Of a stretch of 64,000 bases of DNA, positions 22,739 to 33,774 are shown one piece after another. This stretch comes from Azolla caroliniana (lineage: Eukaryota > Plantae > Polypodiophyta): assembly GCA_043228905.1 (NCBI GenBank), contig JBHGNT010000007.1, positions 9,362,001-9,426,000 of the forward strand, given 5' to 3'. The position numbers were made by a program, and so were the translations under genes. Numbering within the stretch: position 1 is the stretch's first letter; the number at the start of each line of letters is the position of its first letter. The notes under the pieces are model-generated. The model worked only from the letters and a program-made list of their open reading frames with translations. It was not told where the DNA came from and searched no databases.

Positions 22739-23873
22739 TGCCTTGATGATGATATTTCTTCGACCGGAACTTCCATCGATCCTTTCAACGATCGACTCCC
22801 TCGATCAGAGTGCTTGACTCGAACATCTTTGTCGGTCAACGAATCTTCCGCGACACGAACCTTCTCGTTCTGTCGGCTTACGAACTTTGGTAACATCATT
22901 CGGGTCGTTAAAAAAACGTTGTATGTATGTGTGTTCTTCTTTGTATCTTGTGAGTTGTGTGTGGATCATGTCCATTTCTTTTAGGTAGATGAGTTTTCGA
23001 AATTGCCTCGTTGCCCTTTGGTTATTAAAACTCTAATATATACCCTCGAACTTTTGAATTTGCAATGGGTACCCTCAAGGTTTTGAAATTTGTTGCCCTT
23101 TTCTTTGTCTTTTCCTTTCTCCTTTCTGTTTTGTCTTCCTCTCTTTCTTCATTTTTTCTCTTCTTCCTGTTTGTTGGTTCATTTGTGTCTCCTTCTCTTC
23201 TCTTTCTTCATTTCTACTTCTCTGCCTCTCCCGGTTGCTTCTTTGTCTGTCCGTGGTTTTTGGTGTCTTTCTCTTCTTGTTCTATAATTTCTTCTTTCTC
23301 TGCCTGTCTATGTCAGTGTCAGTTTCTTGCCGGTCCCGTCACCATCTCTGTCTCCGTCCTTCTATGATCGTCGATGCCTCTTGTCTGTCGTCCTGTGTCC
23401 ACCATCGTCCGTAATTGATCGACTACTCTGGTCGTCCGTTGTTTGGCTGTTACCATCGTTTTACGATTTCTAGCCGCGCCGACCGGATATCTATCAGGTC
23501 GCCACTGCTATTCAACCGTAGTCGTCGTTGTTGTTTCAGCCACTCTTCGACCGCTTATCAGGTCGCTATCTGGCCGTTGCTCTGACTATCTCTCCCTCCA
23601 GTCATCAGGTTGGTTGTTTGTGCATTATGCGTTTGTACCCGTTCGGCCTCTGGTGTCTGTCGTCGCTCTTCTTGGTCGCTATCCGACCGTCAGTCTTCTT
23701 GACTGTTTCCCAGGCCTTGTCCGACTTCTCTGTTTCCGGCTATGTTCGGTCAGTGTCTTTGTCTCTGTCTGGGTCTGCCAGTCACCTCTATCGACCACTG
23801 GTTTGCCTCGTCACCATATTCCGACCGTACGTCATCATCCAACGTTGTCCAGTGTCGTCCGGTCTGACCGCCT

Positions 23874-24153
23874 TGTTGAAGATGAAGGTCGTCTTTGCGG
23901 AAGATCAAGAAGCATTCGTTTTCTTCTCTGTTTCTGCGTATGACTGTTTGTAGGTCGTTGCACAGAGAGAGAGAGAGAGAGGCACAAAAGAGTCTTTATT
24001 TCATAAAGAAGGATACAACAAGCCAACCTCACAAAGAGGTTACAAGGTCACTATATATAGGGACCGACTTAGGGCAACTGCCCTTTATGCTAATTACATA
24101 AATGGCCAAAACGGGATAGTGTGAATACGTCCATTATACACATGTATTCGACA
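23874..24153 (-). repeat. 3' LTR of intact copia
   Basis: TG..CA ends; PPT GGGGGAG at 24160-24154. Confidence 0.96.
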
Positions 24154-24346
24154 CTCCCCCGTAATGGGCGTATACATGGGTTATCTAAGATTACAGGTAT
24201 AGACTTAGGTTCTCGGACATATCAGCTTTGTTCAAGTCGGCAGGGTCCGAAGGCAGAAGACCGAACTGGTCGGGTCGGAACAGTTGAAGCCGATCATTAA
24301 GGAACTGATGTCGGTTGTCGAGAACTATCCTGCTCTGTGTCCGGCT

Positions 24347-27300
24347 CTAACCAGACTGGTTTGTCGTTACGCCCATCTGATGCCGAAGAGACCGAAAGCG
24401 GTCTGCCGAAAGACACTTGGTCATTCCATCTGCGACATTGTCGGTTGTGGATATTTTCTCTAGACCGATTTTCCCTGAAATGACGCAGTCCCGAACGAAG
24501 TGATATCGAACGTCGATATGCTTGGAGGCGTTGTGGTGAACCGGATTTTTCGACAGGGCAACAGCACCTTGACTGTCGCTGTAGACAATTGGAGCCGAGT
24601 CATGGTTGACTTGTCGAAACGTGTGCGCCAGCCGACCGAGCCACAAAGCTTCTTTTGCTGCGTCGGACGCAGCTACATATTCTGCTTCGGTCGTTGAGGT
24701 CGCTGTGCACTCCTGAAGTTTCGACTTCCACGAGATTGCTCCATTGCCGAACTTGAAGCAGTATCCGGTTGTTGATTTCCGACTGTCTATACAGCCGGCG
24801 AAGTCCGAGTCGGTGTAACCGACTACGCCTGAGGTTCGGTTCGGACCGAAAAGAATGCCGTGGTCTTTTGTGCCAGCCAGATATCTGAACACATGCTTGA
24901 CTGCGTTCCAATGCGATCGGCCAGGGTTGTGCATAAATCTGCTAACAACTCCTACGGCATGAGAAATATCAGGCCGTGTCGCGACCATCAGGTACATAAG
25001 GGAGCCGACTGCCGGTGCATACGGTACCGACTTCATATCTTCCCCCTCCGGGCCGGATGTCGGGCAGTCTCGCTGAGAGAGCCGAAGATTCATGGGGAGC
25101 GGGGTTGAAGCAGATTTGGCTGATTGCATGTTGAAGCGTCCTAAGACACGTCCGATATAGTCGGTCTGAGACAAAAAGAGATGTCGTTTATCGCGATGCC
25201 GACTGATCTTCATGCCGAGTATGTGTCGTGCCGGACCGAGGTCCTTCATTGCAAACTTCAACCGCAGTTGCCGAACGAGATCGGCAAGTTCGCCCGCGTG
25301 GCGTCCAGAAAGTAGCATGTCGTCCACGTAGATGATGAGGAAGATGGGTGAACCATCTTGAGCTGTGTTGGTGAAGAGACAATGGTCCTCATCGCTTTTT
25401 AAGAAGCCGATCGATTGGATGAAGTCGTCGAACTTCTTGTACCATTGTCGCGGTGCCTGTTTGAGGCCGTATAGACTCTTCCTGAGTCGGCAGACTAGAT
25501 GTTCTTGGCCAGGTGCCACGAAGCCTTTTGGCTGCTCCATGTAAATTTCTTCCTCGAGATCACCATGGAGGAATGCTGTTTTGACATCTAGCTGAATCAG
25601 CTCCAAGTTGTCGGCTGCCACTACGCCGAGCAGAAAACGAAGGGTTGTCATTTTCACCACTGGTGAAAAAATCTCGTCGAAGTCGACGCCATATTCTTGT
25701 CGGAAGCCCTTCGCAACTAATCTGGCCTTGTACTTTGGGGTGGTCGAATCAGACGTCTCTTTTAGTCGATAAACCCACTTGCAAGGAAGAGCACGTCGGT
25801 TCCTGGGTAAGTCGACCAGATCCCAAGTCTTGTTTGCCCGGATGGAGTGCATTTCCGACTCCATCGCCAGATGCCAGGTGGCGGAATCGACAGATGTCGA
25901 TGCTTCTTCGTAAGACGTCGGTTCGCCGGCGTCGGTGAAGAAAATTCCAGGAGAGTACCTCTCCGGAGGTTGCGACAGTCTCTCGGATCGTCGAGGTATG
26001 ATTGTACCGGTCGCATCGGGTATCGAGGTCGGATAGTCCGAAAGCGGATTGTTCTGCTGTGCCGAGTCGGAGTTGTCCGAGTCGGTGGTGTAAGGTTCAG
26101 CTACCCGTGAAGCTGACCGTGTGTTGAGAGCAGGGCCTTCTTGAAGGGTCGGCACATCGGAAAATGTTACCCTTCGGACTTCGATCGATTTTTCGACTGA
26201 TGGGTTCATAGCCGACTCGTTGAACACAACGTCCGAACTTCGAACGATTTGTCTGCGTTCGGGGTCCCAGAGTCGGTATCCCATTTCGCCGTCTGATCCA
26301 TATCCAAGGAAAATGCATTTCCTGGACCGAGGTGCAAGTTTTCGGCGATCATCTTTCGGAATGAGGGCGTACGCCTCGCATCCGAAGATCCTCAGCTTGT
26401 CGTAATTCGGCTTGCTGCCGATCCATAGTTCCTGAGGAATTTGAAGTCCTAGAGGTCTACTTGGCGACATGTTGATTATGTGTACTGCCGTGAGTAGAGC
26501 CTCTGCCCAGAAGCCATCCGACAGTCCGGAGTGTTGGAGCATGGAAACGATCCGTTCTTGGATTGTCCGATTCATTCGCTCTGCGATCCCGTTTTGCTCC
26601 GGACTGTGTGGTGCCGTAAGTTCGCGTTGGATGCCGCGTTGTCGGCAGAATTTGACGAACTCTTCTGATTTAAACTCTCCCCCATTGTCGGTCCGAAGGC
26701 ATTTCAGCTTTCGGTCGGTTTGATTTTCTACCATAGCGAGCCAATCGGAGAAGATCGAGAAGACACGATCTTTGGTGCGAATTGGATAAGCCCACACCTT
26801 TCGAGTCGAATCGTCAATAAAAGTGACGAAGTAAGATGCACCGCCTAGAGACTGATGCGGCATTGGGCCACAGACGTCCGAATGGACTAAATCGAGAGGT
26901 CTCGTTTCTCTTGGTGCTGATGTCGGGTGTGATGTGGCTGCTTGTTTGCCATACTGACAATGCTCGCAGAATTGATGGTCCGAGAAGGAGAGTTTGGGGA
27001 TGTATCCGGCTCTAGATAGGTGCGTGATGCCGGCCTTGCTGAGGTGTCCTAATCGTCGGTGCCATAGTGATGACACAGGAATATCCACCAAAAACAGGTT
27101 ACCCTCTCTGAGCGTAACATGTAACGGATACAGGGAGTGTATCTTGGGTCCTCTAGCAAGCAGGAGGTTCCCCCTGTGGAGTGTCCACCCTCCCGAAGAA
27201 AAACCGGCACGAATGCCGTCTTCATCTAGTTGTCCGACTGAGATCAATGGCCTTGAGAGCTCGGGTACATGTCGGACATTGTGGAGTACAAGTGTAGAGC

Positions 27301-28360
27301 CACCTGCAAGGTTGAGCTCTACTGTGCCGATTCCGATGATGTCACAGTGTTGTGAGTTGCCGACTCGAACTGAGTCGGAGTGACGGATCGTATATTGCCG
27401 AAATTGGGATCGATGAGGAGTCACGTGAAATGACGCGCCCGAATCTAAGAGCCATGTGCTCGATTCTTCAGTCGTGAGTAGAACTTCTGATCCGACTGGA
27501 TTTTCGATTGATAGTATATTCGGGTCGTCCGGTAGTACATCAGCTGAGAAGCTGACGTAATTGATCTCCTCATGCCGGCCACTCTTCTTGTTGTTCTTGT
27601 TCTTGAGTGCGCGGCAGTCGGCTTTGATGTGTCCGGGTTTCTTGCAATAGTTGCAGATTCGGTTATCCCGTGACTGGCTCCGTCTTCGCTGATTGTTCGG
27701 CGGTCGTGAGGAATCTCTTCCTCGTATGTTCGATCGGTCTGTCGAACCTTGTACTACGTAAGCGTCGTCTGTTGAGTCTTTGGCGAAAGACTTTCTCCGA
27801 GCTGCTTCGGTCAGGATTGCGCTCGTGACTTCAGAGTATTTAACAGCCGTGGTTGACGCGTTGCACACGGTTGTGACGAAAGTTTCCCATGATGAGGGAA
27901 GGCTGCTCATGAGTATCATTGCTCTGAGTTCATCCTCGATTGCCGTCCCCTGTGACGAGATTTGGGAGCTTATGCTTTCGTACTCATTGAGGTGTGCTTG
28001 AACCGAGTCGGATTCTTTCATCCGCAAGTTGTAGAGGCGCCGGATCAGAAACATCTTCGTTGCGGCGACCTTCTTTTCGTAAGTGTCCGACAGTGTTTTC
28101 CACAGTTCGAATGCTGTCGTACACGATTGCACCGTAAAGTATACCGATTCCGATAGGTGCATCCGAATCGTGGCGCGGACGATTCTGTCCAGCTTCTGCC
28201 ACTCAATTGGTTTGTATCCTTCTGGAGGTTCTTCATTTTCGATGGGATCGATTTGCCCCTTGACTATGAGATAGTCTTGCATTTGTTCCTTCCAGAAGTT
28301 GAAGTTCGATCCATCGAACTTGCGTAGACTCATTTCTGACGAGCCGGATGTTGATGCCAT
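24347..28360 (-). CDS. Copia Gag-Pol polyprotein (gag, PR, INT, RT, RNase H), about 1337 aa
   Basis: CNYCKKPGHIKADC, WLLDSGAS, HSDVCGP/DNGGEF/QNGIAER, YVDDML, YTDSDFAG..KHIDVRYHFVRD. Confidence 0.97.
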   Translation of the reverse strand: MASTSGSSEMSLRKFDGSNFNFWKEQMQDYLIVKGQIDPIENEEPPEGYKPIEWQKLDRIVRATIRMHLSESVYFTVQSCTTAFELWKTLSDTYEKKVAATKMFLIRRLYNLRMKESDSVQAHLNEYESISSQISSQGTAIEDELRAMILMSSLPSSWETFVTTVCNASTTAVKYSEVTSAILTEAARRKSFAKDSTDDAYVVQGSTDRSNIRGRDSSRPPNNQRRRSQSRDNRICNYCKKPGHIKADCRALKNKNNKKSGRHEEINYVSFSADVLPDDPNILSIENPVGSEVLLTTEESSTWLLDSGASFHVTPHRSQFRQYTIRHSDSVRVGNSQHCDIIGIGTVELNLAGGSTLVLHNVRHVPELSRPLISVGQLDEDGIRAGFSSGGWTLHRGNLLLARGPKIHSLYPLHVTLREGNLFLVDIPVSSLWHRRLGHLSKAGITHLSRAGYIPKLSFSDHQFCEHCQYGKQAATSHPTSAPRETRPLDLVHSDVCGPMPHQSLGGASYFVTFIDDSTRKVWAYPIRTKDRVFSIFSDWLAMVENQTDRKLKCLRTDNGGEFKSEEFVKFCRQRGIQRELTAPHSPEQNGIAERMNRTIQERIVSMLQHSGLSDGFWAEALLTAVHIINMSPSRPLGLQIPQELWIGSKPNYDKLRIFGCEAYALIPKDDRRKLAPRSRKCIFLGYGSDGEMGYRLWDPERRQIVRSSDVVFNESAMNPSVEKSIEVRRVTFSDVPTLQEGPALNTRSASRVAEPYTTDSDNSDSAQQNNPLSDYPTSIPDATGTIIPRRSERLSQPPERYSPGIFFTDAGEPTSYEEASTSVDSATWHLAMESEMHSIRANKTWDLVDLPRNRRALPCKWVYRLKETSDSTTPKYKARLVAKGFRQEYGVDFDEIFSPVVKMTTLRFLLGVVAADNLELIQLDVKTAFLHGDLEEEIYMEQPKGFVAPGQEHLVCRLRKSLYGLKQAPRQWYKKFDDFIQSIGFLKSDEDHCLFTNTAQDGSPIFLIIYVDDMLLSGRHAGELADLVRQLRLKFAMKDLGPARHILGMKISRHRDKRHLFLSQTDYIGRVLGRFNMQSAKSASTPLPMNLRLSQRDCPTSGPEGEDMKSVPYAPAVGSLMYLMVATRPDISHAVGVVSRFMHNPGRSHWNAVKHVFRYLAGTKDHGILFGPNRTSGVVGYTDSDFAGCIDSRKSTTGYCFKFGNGAISWKSKLQECTATSTTEAEYVAASDAAKEALWLGRLAHTFRQVNHDSAPIVYSDSQGAVALSKNPVHHNASKHIDVRYHFVRDCVISGKIGLEKISTTDNVADGMTKCLSADRFRSLRHQMGVTTNQSG

Positions 28361-28930
28361 CAAATTCGGTTTCGGTTGACTAAGCTCGGTTCGAAGTTGA
28401 CTACGAACCTTGTTGGAGTGCAGCCGGTTGGCTCACCCGATATCGTTCTAGTCGGATTTGAACCCGAGTCGGTTCGGCTTCGGAACTTGCTCGAATACCG
28501 ATTATTGAAACCGATTATCTGGACCGATTCTGCTTCGGTTGACTGCAGCGACGAGAGAGACGGATCCAACTGATCCTCCCGAATGTCGATCAGCCAGATG
28601 AAGCACGAATTTGGGTTGTTGTCTTGAGACCGATCTGCACCGAGTGGTTACAATGAGCGGCGAGCAGCGTTTGATGACCTCTTCGGATGCCGTTTAACCG
28701 AATGGAGCACGATCGTGTCAAAGTTTCACAAGGGGAATTTCACCTCAAGCGGTTACGATCTCGGAGGACAGAGTACAACCTGTTGGCTTACTCCAAGCAA
28801 GAATGATCTAACGCGATGAGATGCAAACCTGGTTTTTCTTCTTCTTCTCTCTTTCTTCGAATGACGCGAATACTGTGCAAGCCGTGATGAAGTGAAGAAC
28901 CGAATGCTGTGCAGTCGGTGATGACGGCCG

Positions 28931-28948
28931 AACCTAGCTCTGATACCA
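28931..28948 (-). promoter_or_regulatory. Primer binding site, tRNA-iMet
   Basis: TGGTATCAGAGCTAGGTT on the minus strand, 2 nt from the LTR. Confidence 0.95.
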
Positions 28949-28950
28949 GA

Positions 28951-29230
28951 TGTTGAAGATGAAGGTCGTCTTTGCGGAAGATCAAGAAGCATTCGTTTTC
29001 TTCTCTGTTTCTGCGTATGACTGTTTGTAGGTCGTTGCACAGAGAGAGAGAGAGAGAGGCACAAAAGAGTCTTTATTTCATAAAGAAGGATACAACAAGC
29101 CAACCTCACAAAGAGGTTACAAGGTCACTATATATAGGGACCGACTTAGGGCAACTGCCCTTTATGCTAATTACATAAATGGCCAAAACGGGATAGTGTG
29201 AATACGTCCATTATACACATGTATTCGACA
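28951..29230 (-). repeat. 5' LTR of intact copia
   Basis: Matches 23874-24153. Confidence 0.96.
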
Positions 29231-29492
29231 CGCCTCAGTTTCGCATTGCCCATGGTCTTTGTGTAGCATATCTGTGGCGGTCATCATCCATGTCTCTGTT
29301 TGTCTGGTGGTCTTCTTCTTTGTTTGGTGCCTCCAACTGTGTCTTTGTGGTGTTGTTGGTTTCTCTAGTTGTTGATGTCTTGTCTGAGTCTGCATCTCCT
29401 TCTCCGTCTTCTATGGCCCTTCATCGTTAACCAACTCTGGTTCCGGTTTCGACTCTCTCCACGTGGTTTCTTTTGGAACCATCTCCTGTGCG

Positions 29493-29770
29493 TTCTCAGC
29501 ACATCCTGCCGGCCTCTGCTCCACACACTGCGTCTCTGTGCAGTTTCCTAGTGGGCTTCTCTTTCCGGTCGTGCTTGCACTGTACATTCTCAGCACATCC
29601 TGCCGGCCTCTGCTCCACACACTGCGTCTCTGTGCAGTTTCCTAGTGGGCTTCTCTTTCCGGTCGTGCTTGCACTGTACATTCTCAGCACATCCTACTGG
29701 CCTCCGCTCCACACACCGCGTCTTCCTCCGCAGTCTCCTGGTGGGCGTCTCTTTCCGGCCGTGCTGGCAC
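29493..29770. repeat. 94-bp tandem repeat (~3 units)
   Basis: CAGCACATCC recurs at 29497, 29591 and 29685. Confidence 0.9.
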
Positions 29771-30199
29771 CGGTTCCCTTCTATCCGGAGTTTAGGGTTT
29801 CTTGCTCCGTCGGTTCACCTGGCCGTCTTTCTGGTTGTCTCTCGCAGCACGCTTTCTTGCACACAATGTTGTTGCTAACCGCACATTTTCACATTGTCGT
29901 TTCCATTCTCGCACACTCACGTTACGTCATCATTCCGCGACTTCCTCTCATACATTGTCATCGTTTTCTTACATCTTTGGCACCATTTCTTGGACATTTA
30001 CGACAAAAACAGACCAAACAAAACATACACATATAGAGATTAATTCATTGTAGAATTATGAGGTACTTAATCTTCCATTTTTTATTTCTTTCGCCTTTTG
30101 TTGCATATCGCCATCATTTCCCGCACATCTCTCACATATCATCATCACTATGCCTCACATTGTCCCGTATCATTTTTCGACTCCGTCTCCAAAGGGGGG

Positions 30200-30217
30200 T
30201 CGCCTTAGTGGTCGCCA
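30200..30217 (-). promoter_or_regulatory. Primer binding site, tRNA-Arg(UCG)-like
   Basis: TGGCGACCAC.. 7 nt after the LTR end; 10-nt match to the recalled tRNA 3' end ..GTGGTCGCCA. Confidence 0.7.
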
Positions 30218-30224
30218 AAAACTG

Positions 30225-30672
30225 TGTTAATCCTTAGGGCCTAACACAGGGTGTCCACTTAAGACACTTCACCAAAGGGTGTTACGACGAGATAACTTAC
30301 GACACAACGCTTAATTGGACCTTAATCGGTTACTTAGCAATACGTCATTAACACGCGTAAGATATACAATAAGCACAGAACGGTGAATAATACTCAATGA
30401 TTAAACAAAAGGTTTATATTACTCTCCGTTCATGACTACATTGTAACTGGGCCTTTATATAGGTCACTGGTGCGAAGTACAAAACGGTGCCAACCAGCAC
30501 CTATTCGGGATCAGTTCGGATCCGGATCGGCATACCGATTCCGGTCCGTCCGTCCACATCTCCTCATATATTAATATATTAAGACTAGTAATTACAACAG
30601 ATTCCCAAATAACAATTCCCCTTTTCACACCCTGGTCTTGGCGTCCTTAGCTCCTTTGCCGGTTGGGTAACA
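30225..30672 (-). mobile_element. 5' LTR, homologous to 21274-21708
   Basis: TGTTACC..TTAACA on the minus strand; shared blocks such as GGACGGACGGACC.GAATCGGTATGCCG and CACCCTTTGGTGAAGTGTCTT. Confidence 0.88.
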
Positions 30673-30839
30673 ATCTTCGACATCATCATTTTCAACACCT
30701 CTTGTTGTCTTCATCAAATGCCACTTCTCCTAACCTTGATCATCATCAACACTACTTTGCATGGTCTTTCATCGTCATCATTGTTATGCCCTCTCCATTG
30801 TCATTATCATCATCTATAGGTATCATTTTGCATCACAAT

Positions 30840-31200
30840 TTTGGTGAGGATTGATTTCGATCGATCACCTTCATAGTTTTGGTGGGGGTTATAACGACTC
30901 ACTTTCTTGGTGGGGATCGAAGATTCATTGCTTGCTTGCACTCCATTTTCATTATAGTTCAAGTTTCGCTCCACTTTCCTTTGGCGAGGATCAATTTCGA
31001 TCACTCACCTTCATAGTTTCGGTGGGGGTCGCAATCGCTCACTTTCCCAGTGGGGATCGAATCATTGCTCGCTTGCACTCCATTTTCATTTTGGTTCAAG
31101 TTTTGCTCCAATTTCCTTTGGCGAGGATCGATTTCAATCGTTCACCTTTTAGTTCTAGTGGGGGGTCACAATCTCTCACTTTCTTAGTGGGGATCTCGTC
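30840..31200. repeat. Degenerate ~140-bp tandem repeat (~2.5 units)
   Basis: TTTGGYGAGGAT recurs near 30840, 30980 and 31117. Confidence 0.75.
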
Positions 31201-31277
31201 GGTTTCTCGCTAGCGCCCTCTCATGATAGAAGAAGTCGAGTTTACCACTTCGTTTACACTCCTTCATTGGGTGGCGT

Positions 31278-31566
31278 TCTAGTTCCCAGTGAGGGCCAAA
31301 TGGTCGCTCATGCTGTTCTGTGGTCTAGTTCCTGGTGAGGACTGCACATGGTCACTCACACTTGTTGGTATTCTCGTTCCTGGTAAGGACCACACATGTT
31401 CGCTCACGGCTATTGTTATTCCCATTCCTGATGAGGACTACTTATGATCGCTCACACTAGCTAGTGTTCGAGTTCCCGATGAAGAACGTACATGACCGCT
31501 CATGCTCGTTCGTGTTCTAGTTCTTGGTGAGGACCGTACATGGTCGATCATGCCTGTTGGTGTTCC
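31278..31566. repeat. Degenerate 48-bp tandem repeat (~6 units)
   Basis: TCTAGTTCC.GGTGAGGAC..ACATGGTCGCTCA-like unit with 46-48 bp period. Confidence 0.8.
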
Positions 31567-31641
31567 AATCTACTTCGGTTTTCTCTTTCAGCTCACCCCT
31601 ACACCACACTTTCGAAAAGGCAGTTGTAAAGGGGAGGATAA

Positions 31642-32011
31642 TGTCATGATACAATCGCATAAAATGAATAGTTGGTGAGGATTGAACCTACAACCTCACA
31701 TCAACAAGATATTATGCTCAACCATTTTGAGATGAGCATGTATTTATACATAACGTACTTGTTCTAAAAATACTCTCTAGTCATATACCTCTAGAAAGTT
31801 TTAGAACTAGAGGGTTCTAGAATATTCTAATGCATGTACTTCAGCTCACAGTATAAATACTTGTAACCTCCTTGGTCCCTTTCAAGGGATTCAATGCCAA
31901 ACATTGACACATCAATCCAGTATTCTCGTTTCGCCCCATATTGTCTCCTTGATCTTCATCTTTGTCTTCATTCTCTTGTGTCGTTCCCAGTGTCTTAAGT
32001 TCCTTACATCA
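31642..32011 (+). mobile_element. Probable old 3' LTR preceded by a PPT
   Basis: AAAGGGGAGGATAA (31628-31641) then TG; TATAAATA near 31852; possible end at ..ACATCA (right boundary uncertain). Confidence 0.55.
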
Positions 32012-32308
32012 TCACCCCCAACTTCCCGAGTTTCTAGCCTCCTCACTTCTAGTTCATAGCCACATCATCCATGCTCTGTCCAAGTATGCAATTGGTGTGT
32101 CCGGGACACCCGTAAAAGGACTATTCTAAATGGATATACAATCTGTTAGGGTTATCTCCCCCGTAAATCTAAATTACAGTCATATGATTACAAGTCAATC
32201 GGCATATGGCTAAATCAACAGAAGTTAAGTATAATTCTAGCCCAATTCGGCTAGTTTGGAACGACATGTTTGTCCGTATCAAATCGTGTTTGATTCCGGC
32301 TTCCTGCT

Positions 32309-32625
32309 CCAAATCCATGCTCAAAATTTTGCACCGAAAATTCTATGCAATTCATGTCTGATTGAGAATAAAAATAGATAACAGTTTTCTAAATTTATAT
32401 GAATACCAAAAACTGATTACATTGAAGATTGAAAAATCAATCTAAATACTATTGAGATGTTTGTGAATCTTGCGCCAAATCCATGCTCAAAATTTTGCAC
32501 TGAAAACTCCATGCGATCCATGTCTGATTTAGAATAAAAATAGATAACACCTTTCTGAATTTATATGAATACCCAAAACTGATTACAATGAAGATTGAAA
32601 AATCAATCTAAATACTATTGAGATG
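32309..32625. repeat. Tandem duplication, 166-bp period
   Basis: CCAAATCCATGCTCAAAATTTTGCAC..TACTATTGAGATG occurs twice. Confidence 0.9.
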
Positions 32626-33353
32626 ATTCTCGTCTCTATTACGTGGAGTGGATTGAAAAATCAAAATATAAGAAGATACAAATGTAGGAATTGCGAGTAT
32701 AGTTTTAAAAGGATATCCTTGAGTTTTTATTTAGAAGGAAGTGAGATAGCTTTGTAGTCTCTTGTCATCGGTGGTCTTGTACCCCCTTGATTCGCAATTC
32801 CAAGCTCGTTTGAGATTTCAACAACATTTTCGCCTTGATCCAAAACTCCTCCTCGACAATGAGCTCTCTGCTCCCTTTTATAGGTTTTAAGAGGACCCTT
32901 ACCAAACAATAAGTTTTTTTTCGTAGCACTCGACCTTAAGACTCGACTTACAAAAAAGAAAATTTACGTTCCTTTTTCATTTTTACCATATACTCAACAA
33001 CATACCATCTTGTTGCTCACTATAGGACACCTTTCTCCCTTCATCGTCCATTACAAGGTTCAAACCTCTAACCTTCCACTCCTATTGTAAGTTGTTGATG
33101 ACTACGCTAAATATTTTTTATGTCTTCGACTTTATATGATCCCATGACTTTCTTTTCATATTTGTGCCTTGTCCTTCAATCATTTATATTATATTTAATT
33201 TAACTTGATGTGTGCTCCCCACACCATGACATTGTATCTAAGTTGGCCATCCTCATTGAAAGCACCTCCATCTAAATGGATATCTATCTCAAAGTACCTT
33301 TACCGATTATGATAATCAATATTCACAATGCCTATATATCTTGCGTGCCTAAT

Positions 33354-33774
33354 TAGCAATGGGCCCAGTTTTGGCTCAAATCGAACCGAACCATTAAACC
33401 GTGGCTTAATGGTTTATAGGTTCGACGATAAATAAACAGTTAGGTTTGGTTTCGAATTTAATGGTTTAGCGGTTTAGCGGCTTATCAATTTCGGTTTATG
33501 TGGTTCAATTTAAAGGTTAAAGGTTTATAGGTTAAAAAATATTGCTAAATTTTCCCTATAGGCTCTAACTTTCAACTTTTAATTTTAAATCTTAGTTTTA
33601 ACTTATTAAAATTTATATGCATCATATGTATAGTCTCCTCTTTCATTTATGATGATCAAATATAATAAGCATTATGATAAGTATGATGACCAAATTTATG
33701 ATAAGTATGATGATCAATATCAATAAAAAATGGTTTGGTTTGAAGGCCAAAAAACTAAATCGAGCCCATTGCGA
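33354..33774. mobile_element. Non-autonomous hAT element (MITE)
   Basis: TIR TAGCAATGGGC / GCCCATTGCGA; 8-bp TSD TGCCTAAT; subterminal AACCG/CGGTT motifs. Confidence 0.88.

Larger units (their letters stand above)
23874..29230 (-). mobile_element. Intact Ty1/copia retrotransposon (Tnt1/Tork-like), 5357 bp
   Basis: Two 280-bp LTRs, identical by eye; 5-bp TSD CGCCT; iMet PBS; PPT; uninterrupted gag-pol. Confidence 0.97.

Noticed and set aside
23065-23367. Hydrophobic F/S/L-rich ORFs suggesting a membrane protein
   Set aside because: Product of pyrimidine-rich low-complexity DNA; the same applies to the ORFs over (TTTC)n at 53258-53497.
31420-31500. CTGATGAG as a hammerhead ribozyme core
   Set aside because: It is one variant of the 48-bp repeat unit, and no matching GAAA with helices II/III was found.
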